Below, piece after piece: positions 40,077-49,720 of a stretch of 61,117 bases of DNA. The notes under the pieces are model-generated. The model searched no databases. It saw only the letters and a list, made by a program, of their open reading frames with translations, and was not told where the DNA came from. Source of the DNA: a virus (lineage: Duplodnaviria; Caudoviricetes). The stretch's first letter is position 1. Each line of letters opens with the position of its first letter. The DNA is taken from positions 1 to 61,117 of the IMG/VR virus record IMGVR_UViG_3300023084_000018. One strand, 5' to 3'. The position numbers and the translations under genes were made by a program.

Positions 40077-40301
40077 ATGAAAAACTACAAAGTAACTATC
40101 AGCGTTGGAGACAAGATAGCAGTTGGCAAATTCCGGAACAGTATAAAAACCATTAAGGAAATCACCATGGAAGATGGCCAACCAGTTGTTGTAACCAGTG
40201 CTGGCAAAAGAAAATTATTGAACTTTAAGCTGGTTTCAAAAACTAAAAAGAAAAAAGATAAAGAAGAAAATTATAACGGACCTTGGAATGGAATCGTCTA
40301 A
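40077..40301 (+). CDS. Small basic protein, possibly KOW/SH3-like
   Basis: SD AGGAGG before ATG 40077 (MKNYKVTISVGDKIAVGKF); start revised from 40011. Confidence 0.65.
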   Translation: MKNYKVTISVGDKIAVGKFRNSIKTIKEITMEDGQPVVVTSAGKRKLLNFKLVSKTKKKKDKEENYNGPWNGIV

Positions 40302-40503
40302 AAGAAAAAACCCACGTGGAATATTTGCAGGAATGGACGAAGAGTCTTTTACAAAACTTAAAGAACTATTAGGTAATTCAAAAGAAAATAAACTTAATAA
40401 AAAAAATAAAAAAAGAAGAAAAAGAAGTAGGAAACCAAAAACTAAAGACAATTTTTTAAATGATTTAGCATCAAATACACCTAATGCTGATCAATTTAAA
40501 TAG
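40288..40503 (+). CDS. Lys/Arg-rich hypothetical protein
   Basis: 71-aa ORF overlapping the previous stop. Confidence 0.6.
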   Translation: MESSKRKNPRGIFAGMDEESFTKLKELLGNSKENKLNKKNKKRRKRSRKPKTKDNFLNDLASNTPNADQFK

Positions 40504-40512
40504 GATAAAAAA

Positions 40513-40620
40513 ATGAAAAATGTTGAACTTAAGACTCGTATTCTGTTGATTTTTTGTATAATATTTTTATTTTGTACATATATTGGAATAATATTTTTTG
40601 ATTTATTAGAGAAGTTATAA
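40513..40620 (+). CDS. 35-aa single-TM peptide (below the ORF track cutoff)
   Basis: MKNVELKTRILLIFCIIFLFCTYIGIIFFDLLEKL; SD AGGA; its TAA overlaps the next ATG. Confidence 0.6.
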   Translation: MKNVELKTRILLIFCIIFLFCTYIGIIFFDLLEKL

Positions 40621-42140
40621 TGGGAATAAGCAAAAACAAAAACGAATCATATCAACAGTGGCGTGATAGAACAATAGATAAAATATCACCCAGTTTCTGT
40701 GGAGCCAAATGGTACAATTCTACTATATGGTTAAACTCAGGATCCACTGCAAGTTGTCATCACCCGCCTGCACACAAAATACCTTTAGAAGAAGTATTGG
40801 CTAATCCTAAAGCCATACACAACACCAGTTATAAAAAAATGGTACGTAAACAGATGTTAGATGGTGAAAGACCCAAAGAGTGTGAGTATTGTTGGAAAGT
40901 TGAAGACCTAGGAAAAGAATATGTTTCGGATAGAACTTACAAAAGTGTTATATACAAAGAAGAAGATTTAGATCTCTGTAAAACCAAATACAGTTATACA
41001 GATGATGTTCCATTAAAAACATTAGAAATAGCCTTTGATGCCAACTGTAACTTTGCTTGTAGTTATTGTAACGCAAGTTTCTCTACGCAATGGCAGAACG
41101 ATATTAAGAAAAATGGTGCTTATCAAAATTTAGTTTCAGATGGTGCAAGAGCATTTCAACAAGATGGCTCATGGGCAATGAAGTATGGGAAAAAGAATGA
41201 AGGCAATCCATACATAGATGCATTTTTTAAATGGTGGGATATGGAACTTAAAGATACATTAGAAGAATTAAGAGTCACAGGCGGTGAAGCAACTATGAGC
41301 CAAGACTTTTGGAGATTAATTGATTGGTGGAAAAACAATCCAGAATGTGATGTGAGATTCAGTGTAAATTCTAACTTGGGTGCTAAACCAGAACTAATGA
41401 AACGACTAGTTGATGCTACACACAGTTTTAAAAATTTTGATCTATATACATCAAATGAAAGTTATGGTGCTCAGGCAGAATACATAAGAGATGGATTAGA
41501 ATGGGAAACATGGTTAAAGAATATTCATATGTTTTTACAAGAAGGCAATGTGCGAGAGTTTCACATGATGATGACTATCAATGCACTGTGCTTGTTTAGT
41601 CTTCCTGAGTTTATGGACGAAATGGTCAAACTCAAACAACAATATGGAAAACACTTTCCTACAATGAGTTTTAATATTTTAAGATTTCCAAGTTTTCAAA
41701 GCATAGTAACACTACCAATTGAAATAAGAAATGAACGTGCTAATGCATTAGAAAAATGGATAGAAGACAATCATACGAATCCATTAGTGCATGACATGGA
41801 AATAGATGGTATAAAACGATTAATTGAATATACCAGAGTTATCAAAACAGGTCATGCTTACACATCAAGTGAGATCACTAGACACAGAGACTTTAAAACT
41901 TTTTACACACAATACGATCAAAGAAGAAACAAAAATTTTTTAGAAACTTTTAAACATGCTGAACTACAAAAATGGTTTGTGAATATACCAGAAACTGAAA
42001 TAAATCCTGTAGGCTTGTTTGATGGTGATGCTACCAAAGGTTCGTTGCACAAACAAGAACTTGAACAACGTGCTAAAAAAGAGGGATGGGTAATAAAACC
42101 ACAAGGAGCCAACCCAGGTAGTAAGGAATATGTTGAATAA
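40620..42140 (+). CDS. Radical SAM protein with N-terminal twitch-type domain (RS2)
   Basis: FCGAKW...SCHHP...CEYC; CNFACSYC; TGGEA. Confidence 0.9.
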   Translation: MGISKNKNESYQQWRDRTIDKISPSFCGAKWYNSTIWLNSGSTASCHHPPAHKIPLEEVLANPKAIHNTSYKKMVRKQMLDGERPKECEYCWKVEDLGKEYVSDRTYKSVIYKEEDLDLCKTKYSYTDDVPLKTLEIAFDANCNFACSYCNASFSTQWQNDIKKNGAYQNLVSDGARAFQQDGSWAMKYGKKNEGNPYIDAFFKWWDMELKDTLEELRVTGGEATMSQDFWRLIDWWKNNPECDVRFSVNSNLGAKPELMKRLVDATHSFKNFDLYTSNESYGAQAEYIRDGLEWETWLKNIHMFLQEGNVREFHMMMTINALCLFSLPEFMDEMVKLKQQYGKHFPTMSFNILRFPSFQSIVTLPIEIRNERANALEKWIEDNHTNPLVHDMEIDGIKRLIEYTRVIKTGHAYTSSEITRHRDFKTFYTQYDQRRNKNFLETFKHAELQKWFVNIPETEINPVGLFDGDATKGSLHKQELEQRAKKEGWVIKPQGANPGSKEYVE

Positions 42141-42864
42141 AATAATTGCTGGCGGTTGTTCTTTTACATACAACAATGACATGACATGGGCAGGTGAAGT
42201 TGCCAAACATCATCATTTGATTAATGTAGGATCATGTGCATCTGGTAATGATTACATAGCCAGATCTGTTATACATGAAATGGATCAACACAATGATCAA
42301 ATATTATTGGTATGTCAATGGAGTGGTATTCATCGTAAAAGTTATTATATTGATTCACAACATATATTGTACAAAGAGCTAACACAAAGCGATTGGCCAG
42401 ATTGGGCAGGTGATTATACACAATTAGACAAAGATGCTGTTAAACAGCAGGAATTCTGGGTTAAAACCGGTGGAAATAACATAGACAAGCCAGGCTCTAG
42501 TAATTTAATACATGACAAGTTTGTGAAACCATATGCCAAATATTTCTATTCAGAGGAGCAATCTCTTGTAGAATCTCTTGAAAATATCCTCAGAGTACAG
42601 TATTATTGTAATAGTAAAAAAATAAAAAACATAATGTTTTGGTGGAAAACTGAATTGGAAAATTATAAGATGTCAACGTATAGTAAAGAATTATACAACA
42701 AAGTTTTAAAACAAGATACTGTTTGGTTAGAACCATTAGGTGATTGGTGTGTCAAACATACTGATTTAACACAGCATGATCTTGATCAAGGTGAGCATCC
42801 AACTGTCACACAACATAAAAATTATGCAGAGCAAGTTGTTTTACCTGCATTAAAAACAATTTAA
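42130..42864 (+). CDS. SGNH/GDSL-like protein (S1)
   Basis: AGGCSFT, ASGNDYI, QWSG..R, C-terminal GEHP. Confidence 0.65.
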   Translation: MLNKIIAGGCSFTYNNDMTWAGEVAKHHHLINVGSCASGNDYIARSVIHEMDQHNDQILLVCQWSGIHRKSYYIDSQHILYKELTQSDWPDWAGDYTQLDKDAVKQQEFWVKTGGNNIDKPGSSNLIHDKFVKPYAKYFYSEEQSLVESLENILRVQYYCNSKKIKNIMFWWKTELENYKMSTYSKELYNKVLKQDTVWLEPLGDWCVKHTDLTQHDLDQGEHPTVTQHKNYAEQVVLPALKTI

Positions 42865-42866
42865 CT

Positions 42867-44033
42867 ATGATAATCAAAAAACTTAATCCATGTCAGTATG
42901 AAGAACTTGAGTCTGTGTCAAGACTGATACAATATCCAAGTAACAATATTGATTACGACAGTGATCCGGGTGACGATCCTTTTTGGTTTGAAGTTGCCTG
43001 TTATGGATCAGGTATAGATGATTTGTGGCAAACAGATGCAATGCAACAAGCATTGCCTTATCTAAAAAGTGGTCAAGCCAAACTGGCAATATGTTACTTG
43101 CGTGAGATACCTTTTGGGCATGATGATCATGTTGTCATGCAAAGTCGTATAGCCTGTGACGGTGTTGATAGATATGGTATTGATCCAAAACAATTTTATT
43201 ATTTTTATAACAGCGATCCAAGTCATTTAGAATATCTTAACAAATATTCTTTAAACATCATACAAGTACCTTACTTTGAATATGATTTTGTTTTTAGACA
43301 TTTAGTTAACAATATTGATGTTTGTTATCCTGCAGATGCATTAACAAAAAAAGCACAGCGTACTTTTTTAGATATGAACGGTAAACCAAACAAGTACATG
43401 AGATTGCGTCATGTGGTTCATTTATGGAATAAAAGATTAATTGATAATGGTGTTATTAACTTGTTGCGTACTGATGAAGACACAAAACACTATCCTGATA
43501 AAAACGATTACTATCATTTAGTCAAAGATATTATTAACGAAAAAGATTGGAAAAAGTTTTGTGAGTGGTGGCCACAAAGTCATGACAATGCAGATACTCA
43601 ACAAAACTATGGAAAACACTTTAGCGGGTATCCGTACAACAAACAACTGTATATGGATACACACATGAGTTTAATTAGTGAAACACACAGCGGACATGAT
43701 AGTTGTAATCCAGAATTTTTTATAACTGAAAAATTAGTAAAAGCAATTGGTAACTGTCATCCTTTTGTTGTGTTGAGTACACCAAAATACTTAGAACAAT
43801 TAAAACTGTTTGGTTATAAAACCTTTGAACCATACATAGATGAATCATATGATCAAGAACTTGATACAGAATTAAGAATGGTAAAAGCAATTGACAGTGT
43901 AGAAAAACTTTGTAAAAAAGGTATACCTGTTGATTGTTTTGCTACTGCAATATATAATCAAACCAATTTATTCAATAGATTTCATAAAACAAATGAACAA
44001 TTAAAAGGTATATTTTTTAATGATAATATTTGA
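42867..44033 (+). CDS. GT10-like 'TEK' putative glycosyltransferase (T1)
   Basis: FLDMNGKP...R; SLISET...FFITEKLVKAIGNCHPF; GYKTF...DESYD. Confidence 0.55.
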   Translation: MIIKKLNPCQYEELESVSRLIQYPSNNIDYDSDPGDDPFWFEVACYGSGIDDLWQTDAMQQALPYLKSGQAKLAICYLREIPFGHDDHVVMQSRIACDGVDRYGIDPKQFYYFYNSDPSHLEYLNKYSLNIIQVPYFEYDFVFRHLVNNIDVCYPADALTKKAQRTFLDMNGKPNKYMRLRHVVHLWNKRLIDNGVINLLRTDEDTKHYPDKNDYYHLVKDIINEKDWKKFCEWWPQSHDNADTQQNYGKHFSGYPYNKQLYMDTHMSLISETHSGHDSCNPEFFITEKLVKAIGNCHPFVVLSTPKYLEQLKLFGYKTFEPYIDESYDQELDTELRMVKAIDSVEKLCKKGIPVDCFATAIYNQTNLFNRFHKTNEQLKGIFFNDNI

Positions 44034-44940
44034 TTATCCTTTTTATAGACACACAATATCAAACAACAAACCAAATTTGGTATCTGGTAAGGCTATTGAT
44101 ATGCATTTTTTGAAAAAATATGAACCTGGTACCAGAATTAAAATAATAGAATTAGCAGAAGGAGATGTGCCTGGTCCATCGTCTACGGAAGATATTACTG
44201 TGTTTGATTATATACACAAAGCACTTGAAAAATATAATGTTGACTCAAACGATGTTGAAATGATACACGGTTCATTTAATTTTGATAATTTATATAAAAA
44301 CTGGGCAGGAGATAACATACGTATTGGACATAGAAACAGTTATGGTTTTTATTTCTTACAGGAACAAAAAAAACATGATAGTGTTAATTACAATGCATCT
44401 AGATCAAAACATTTTATTAGTTTAAATGGTGCTATTAAACCCAAACGCATAGAGTTTATAAACTTTTGTAAACAGCACAATCTCATGCACAATTATATCA
44501 GTTTGGTTGGTAACTATAACACAACTGATCAAAACATAGAACCTATACTGCTTGATAAAAATCAAGAAACATTAGGCTTTTCAGATAAAGTTGTACCAGA
44601 CTTTATGAATGATGCATATTTGAATATTATAAATGAAACACACGAAGATGACACAGTGTTTATGACTGAAAAAACATGGAAGCCTATATTGAATTATCAA
44701 CTGTTTTTATACTGGGGAGTAGGTAACGCACAAGACTACTATAACACATTATTAGACAATGGATTCAAATTGTACAACGAAATATTTGATTATAATAATA
44801 GTGTCAAAGATGAAATATTAAAATTTTGTAATACACCAATAAATCAAGTAAATGAAAAATTTGCAAGTGTTAAACACAAACTAGAATACAACAAAAAAAG
44901 AGCATTAGAAATAGAAGAATTTAAATATGACCACAATTGA
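44020..44940 (+). CDS. GT10-like 'TEK' putative glycosyltransferase (T2)
   Basis: FISLNGAIKPKR; NIINET...FMTEKTWKPILNYQLF. Confidence 0.55.
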   Translation: MIIFDYPFYRHTISNNKPNLVSGKAIDMHFLKKYEPGTRIKIIELAEGDVPGPSSTEDITVFDYIHKALEKYNVDSNDVEMIHGSFNFDNLYKNWAGDNIRIGHRNSYGFYFLQEQKKHDSVNYNASRSKHFISLNGAIKPKRIEFINFCKQHNLMHNYISLVGNYNTTDQNIEPILLDKNQETLGFSDKVVPDFMNDAYLNIINETHEDDTVFMTEKTWKPILNYQLFLYWGVGNAQDYYNTLLDNGFKLYNEIFDYNNSVKDEILKFCNTPINQVNEKFASVKHKLEYNKKRALEIEEFKYDHN

Positions 44941-45694
44941 TTTTAATGATGAAAATGTTTTATTAGCAGGTGGTGACAGTTTTACTGCTCACTTAATGGA
45001 ATCAAATGTTGCATGGCCTAATCATATAAAAAAATGGATTGCTGACACTAAAGTAGTTGCAGAAATGGCCAGTGACAATGAACTGATAGCAAGAAATTTA
45101 ATTAAAGGTATTGAGAAATATAAACCAACACATGTAGCAGTTGGCTGGAGTGATCCCAACAGATTCAGTTTGTATGTCAATCAAGAACATCCATTATACT
45201 TAGAAATATATGATAAAATGAAAACACATGCTGGATTCACAAATCAAATACTCACAGGCGAATGGCACTGCGACACTAGAGGTAGTTTTATAAAACCAGG
45301 TGGCGGATATGACACGTGGGAAACTGACAGTGATATCGTTAACAAAATGGTCAAAGATTATATTAAGACATACCACACTAGAGAAAATCAAATGATGAAA
45401 ACACTAGAATCAATATTGTTAATACAAGAACTATGTGCGAATCGTGATATTGAATTACTAAACTTTAAAGCATGGGATCATGATTTATTTCACACAGCAT
45501 ATCCTATGACAAAACATTTAGAAAAGTTAATTGATAAAGATTGTTGGTGGATGTACAACGGAAAAAGTGGTCTTAAAGAATGGTGCAAGGATCGTGGTGA
45601 TAATGAAATGCCTGGCGGACATCCTGCATCAGAATACCAATATTTGTTTGCTATATCTGTTATAGAACCATGGATACAAAGTGAAAATATATAA
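44927..45694 (+). CDS. SGNH/GDSL-like protein (S2)
   Basis: AGGDSFT, SDNELI, GWSDPNR, GGHP. Confidence 0.65.
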   Translation: MTTIDFNDENVLLAGGDSFTAHLMESNVAWPNHIKKWIADTKVVAEMASDNELIARNLIKGIEKYKPTHVAVGWSDPNRFSLYVNQEHPLYLEIYDKMKTHAGFTNQILTGEWHCDTRGSFIKPGGGYDTWETDSDIVNKMVKDYIKTYHTRENQMMKTLESILLIQELCANRDIELLNFKAWDHDLFHTAYPMTKHLEKLIDKDCWWMYNGKSGLKEWCKDRGDNEMPGGHPASEYQYLFAISVIEPWIQSENI

Positions 45695-46613
45695 ACATCC
45701 AAAGTATTACTATGATTTAGAATCTGTAACTAGATTTATCAATGTTGAATATGTGACTGATATTAACAGTGCAGATTATGTTGCTATAGCAACTAGCGAA
45801 CCAGTACCAGTATTTGAAGGAATAACAAAACCAATATTGTATTCTTATATAAGAGAACATCCTTATCCGCATGATGAGTATTTAAAAATACAATTTGAAA
45901 GTTTAAAGTCTACACAAGATATTACTATTTTTAGTTTGAGCAGTTTTGATCATTTTGCGTCAGGAAGAAAAAATATTATTATTGATCAATTTGAACTTGA
46001 TGCTTATCATAGATTGTTTATAGAAAAACAATGTGAAGTTGTTGATACACACATAGGATCAAATTTAAGATATCTATTTTTAGGAGGCAAAGCCAATAAA
46101 GGAAATAGAAAACCATTATATGAAGAATTGAAAAGACTTGGCGTTGCAGATGAAGGTGTTTGTAGTTTGTTTGGTGTAGTTGAAAGCCCAGACGATATTG
46201 AAATTAAAAACAATCACTACATTGGATATCCTTACGATTTAAGACTGTATAAAATTACCAATTTAAGTTTAGTTGCTGAAACACACTTTGAACACAATCA
46301 AGAATTTCATCCAACTGAAAAAATATACAGAGCAATAGCAAACAAACATGGTTTTATTGTTGCAAGTACTCCATTTTTTTTAAATAACTTAAGAAAAAAA
46401 GGATATGAAACATTCAGTAATCATTGGAGTGAAAATTATGATTTTGCTAAAGATCACAAGGATAGATTAAAACAAGCGGCATTGTCTTTGCTACAGGCTA
46501 CCAAAACATCTGAATATGGTTTAATAAAACCAATCTGTGAACACAACTTAAATACATTAAAAAACAATGCACAACAAACAATTCAAAATATACTTAACGG
46601 ACTAGTAAAATGA
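45681..46613 (+). CDS. GT10-like 'TEK' putative glycosyltransferase (T3)
   Basis: LFLGGKANKGNR; SLVAET...HPTEKIYRAIANKHGF; GYETF...ENYD. Confidence 0.55.
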   Translation: MKIYKHPKYYYDLESVTRFINVEYVTDINSADYVAIATSEPVPVFEGITKPILYSYIREHPYPHDEYLKIQFESLKSTQDITIFSLSSFDHFASGRKNIIIDQFELDAYHRLFIEKQCEVVDTHIGSNLRYLFLGGKANKGNRKPLYEELKRLGVADEGVCSLFGVVESPDDIEIKNNHYIGYPYDLRLYKITNLSLVAETHFEHNQEFHPTEKIYRAIANKHGFIVASTPFFLNNLRKKGYETFSNHWSENYDFAKDHKDRLKQAALSLLQATKTSEYGLIKPICEHNLNTLKNNAQQTIQNILNGLVK

Positions 46614-47350
46614 AAATAGTAACATCAGGTTGTAGTTTTACACATGCACCAGACAGTTGGGCTAACTATCTCAAAGATCAATATAATTTAATTAATGTTG
46701 CTGAAGGTGGTGGTGGCAACGAAATGAACACTAGAAATATCATACGTGCTATATACGAACATGATCCAGATTATGCAATACTTCAAATTTCTGGAATAGA
46801 CAGATATGAATTAATCAGTGACGACCTTATAGATTTTGAATCAGATGCTGTTGTTAAAACAAAAAATTATACATGGTTAAAAAGCACTGGCGATATTGAA
46901 TGGGCTAAAAATATTGATCCAAGAGTTGCAAAACCCATTGAAAGTTACATGAAATATTGCTATAATGAAACACATCAAATAATTAGAACATTAAGCAGTA
47001 TTAAAAACTTTCAAACAGTGTGTCAGCAACAAAATATTAAATATAGAATCTTTTTCTGGATGAAAGAGCTTGGTAATAGAAGAAAACAAATAATTAATAA
47101 TGATACTGAACTTACTTTTTGGTATAACAGTATTGATTGGTCACAGTTTTGGTTTCATGATCAAAACAAAGGCTTATCCGAATGGGGTATTGATTATGGA
47201 TTTACTGGAGCAATACACGAGGATCATATTAATACCCCACCACAGGGTTGGGCTATGATAGAAGGAAAGAAAACAATGGTAGGTCATCCGTCAACAGAAT
47301 GCCATCGGGCCTTTGCCGAACAAGTGGTCAAACAATGGTTAGTACAATAA
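46610..47350 (+). CDS. SGNH/GDSL-like protein (S3)
   Basis: TSGCSFT, GGGGNE, QISGIDR, VGHP. Confidence 0.65.
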   Translation: MKIVTSGCSFTHAPDSWANYLKDQYNLINVAEGGGGNEMNTRNIIRAIYEHDPDYAILQISGIDRYELISDDLIDFESDAVVKTKNYTWLKSTGDIEWAKNIDPRVAKPIESYMKYCYNETHQIIRTLSSIKNFQTVCQQQNIKYRIFFWMKELGNRRKQIINNDTELTFWYNSIDWSQFWFHDQNKGLSEWGIDYGFTGAIHEDHINTPPQGWAMIEGKKTMVGHPSTECHRAFAEQVVKQWLVQ

Positions 47351-48684
47351 TGCATATTAATTTACTTTATCAAACACATGACGAGCAAAAAGGTTATCTA
47401 CCTAATTGTATTCCTTTTTGGAAAAGAACCCCAGAACATTTTAAAAATTATGGCAACGTCAAATACGAATATCTTGAAGAACTATTAGAACACGGTAATG
47501 TAACAATTAACAAATGCAATTTAGATCATGCACAAAAAAGCACTGAAACATTCTGGTTTCATATACAACCTGAATGGATTGACTTGAGTTTCTTTTATGA
47601 AAATGTTTTTCATTACATAGATGAAGATTATATGAGAGCAATACGTATGGAGCCAAATGTCAAAATATTGTTATGGTTTCCAAGTGAAGGATTTCATTTG
47701 AGTATGCCTAGATTTATTGACGATATTCTTTACACTCTAAATGATAAAGGTATACCAGAAGAAAAAGTTTACATGGTTTTTGGAGATCTAAGAATACAAG
47801 AAAATTTTAAATATTATTGCAAAAAGAAAAAAATAGATTCTAAACTAAAAACATTTGGCATGAACATATTTGAATTGAACTATTGGGTTGAAACTAACAG
47901 AATGTATTTCAGTAAAAACAGAATGAAAGAAATTAATCCCAACAATGAAATAGTGCATCCATCAGAAGTTAACTTTGAAGAACATAGATCAAAACGTATT
48001 GTTTGTAGAAATGCTAATCCTAGACCACACAGAATATTTGTTGTCAGCCAACTTTATAAAAAAGGATATGATAAACAAGGTTACATCAGTTTTTTAAATA
48101 GATACTTCACACCTGGTGTTCCAACAAATATAACAGATTTTACCAAAGACGAAAATGTACTTGCTACTGCTGAGCAAGACATGAAAGAGTTTTTAGCACA
48201 AACACCAATTGTGCTTGATGAAACAGCAGAAACTATAGGCACAGATTTAAATCAAAGACGTATGCAAAAACAACATTACCTTGACAGTTATTGCAGTATA
48301 ATTAATGAAACTGTTTGTGATAGTTTTCCAGGAGATCCATTGTTTATAACTGAGAAAGTTTATCAACCAATCCTACAACTGCACCCGTTTATTGTGTTTG
48401 GGTCTAAAGGAACTATGGAATATTTGCAAGACACTGGCTACAAAACATTTAATGGTTTTTGTTTGGTAGATGAAAAATATGATTGGGCTTCAAACTCTGC
48501 AGACAGAATGGATCAAGCCATGGAATGTGTACGAAAACTGTTTGCTTTTGATATAGAAACATTACATAAAGAATACATTAAAATATTTGATAATTTAGTA
48601 TATAACCAAGAACACTTTTTAAAATTAGAAAAAGATAGATATTTTGACAAATTAATGTTATGGTTAAATACAAGTAAGGATTAA
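47350..48684 (+). CDS. GT10-like 'TEK' putative glycosyltransferase (T4)
   Basis: CRNANPRPHR; SIINET...FITEKVYQPILQLHPF; GYKTF...DEKYD. Start moved to 47350 (TAATG). Confidence 0.55.
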   Translation: MHINLLYQTHDEQKGYLPNCIPFWKRTPEHFKNYGNVKYEYLEELLEHGNVTINKCNLDHAQKSTETFWFHIQPEWIDLSFFYENVFHYIDEDYMRAIRMEPNVKILLWFPSEGFHLSMPRFIDDILYTLNDKGIPEEKVYMVFGDLRIQENFKYYCKKKKIDSKLKTFGMNIFELNYWVETNRMYFSKNRMKEINPNNEIVHPSEVNFEEHRSKRIVCRNANPRPHRIFVVSQLYKKGYDKQGYISFLNRYFTPGVPTNITDFTKDENVLATAEQDMKEFLAQTPIVLDETAETIGTDLNQRRMQKQHYLDSYCSIINETVCDSFPGDPLFITEKVYQPILQLHPFIVFGSKGTMEYLQDTGYKTFNGFCLVDEKYDWASNSADRMDQAMECVRKLFAFDIETLHKEYIKIFDNLVYNQEHFLKLEKDRYFDKLMLWLNTSKD

Positions 48685-48688
48685 TACT

Positions 48689-49720
48689 ATGAAAGAATTA
48701 AAAACATTTGATTTAAACTCTTTTGATCACAACAACTCAACTATTGACGGTCATGTTAGATCAGCGGGTAAATGGTTAAAAGAAAATCAAAAATTCAAAG
48801 ATCAATACAATGTTGTTTTGTTGTACACTTACGAAGGTGAAGTGCATTTTAATCAGAAAGATTATTTTTTAACTGCACTTAATGAAGAACTTAACACAGA
48901 ATGGTCCAAAGACAGTATTTTTCTAGTCATGGCAGATGCAAATTTAAAAGATAATATTGATCGTTGGTTTGCTGGTACAAGTCGTAGGAGTTCCCCGTTA
49001 ACACCTATTGCATGGCCTTTAGGATTGTTAAAAAGAACACAACAATATTATTCTAATAAATCTATTAAACAACCAAAAGCACACTCAACTATTACTAAAA
49101 AATTTATTTGCATGAACGCCGCGGCAAAACAACATAGAGCAAAAATGGTAGACTTTTTAATTGGCACAGGGCAACAAGGGAGCATTAGCTGGTTAAATCG
49201 TTATGGTAAATTAAATCACAAACAATATGAATATCAGAACTGGGACGGCAGTGAAATAAAAATGGACTATGATGCAAGTTCAATTGACCAAGGACACAAC
49301 CAAGATGTACTTCCTCCAACTTATTATTATTCAGGTTTTGAAATTGTAAATGAAAGTATCATCAGTGATACAAGTTTATTTGTAACTGAAAAAACATGGA
49401 AACCTTTAATGTATGAAAGAGTTTTTGTACCACATGGATCAAAAGGCACAGTTACTTTTTTGAAAGAGTTAGGTTTTGATTTGTTTGAAGAAGAACTAAA
49501 CATCAATTATGATTGGGATAATTTACCTTACACAGAAAGATGGCCAGCACTAACTGATACTATAAACAAACTACTTGAAATATCAGTTGATGAATGGAAC
49601 ACGTTTTATCAGAGAGATGACATAAAGAAAAAACTTAATAAAAATAGTACACTTGCTAGAACGTTAAACATACCAGGATGGATGAACCAAATTATTGCTC
49701 ACAATGAAAAAAATAGATAA
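48689..49720 (+). CDS. GT10-like 'TEK' putative glycosyltransferase (T5)
   Basis: FICMNAAAKQHR; EIVNES...FVTEKTWKPLMYERVF; GFDLF...NYDWD. Confidence 0.55.
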   Translation: MKELKTFDLNSFDHNNSTIDGHVRSAGKWLKENQKFKDQYNVVLLYTYEGEVHFNQKDYFLTALNEELNTEWSKDSIFLVMADANLKDNIDRWFAGTSRRSSPLTPIAWPLGLLKRTQQYYSNKSIKQPKAHSTITKKFICMNAAAKQHRAKMVDFLIGTGQQGSISWLNRYGKLNHKQYEYQNWDGSEIKMDYDASSIDQGHNQDVLPPTYYYSGFEIVNESIISDTSLFVTEKTWKPLMYERVFVPHGSKGTVTFLKELGFDLFEEELNINYDWDNLPYTERWPALTDTINKLLEISVDEWNTFYQRDDIKKKLNKNSTLARTLNIPGWMNQIIAHNEKNR

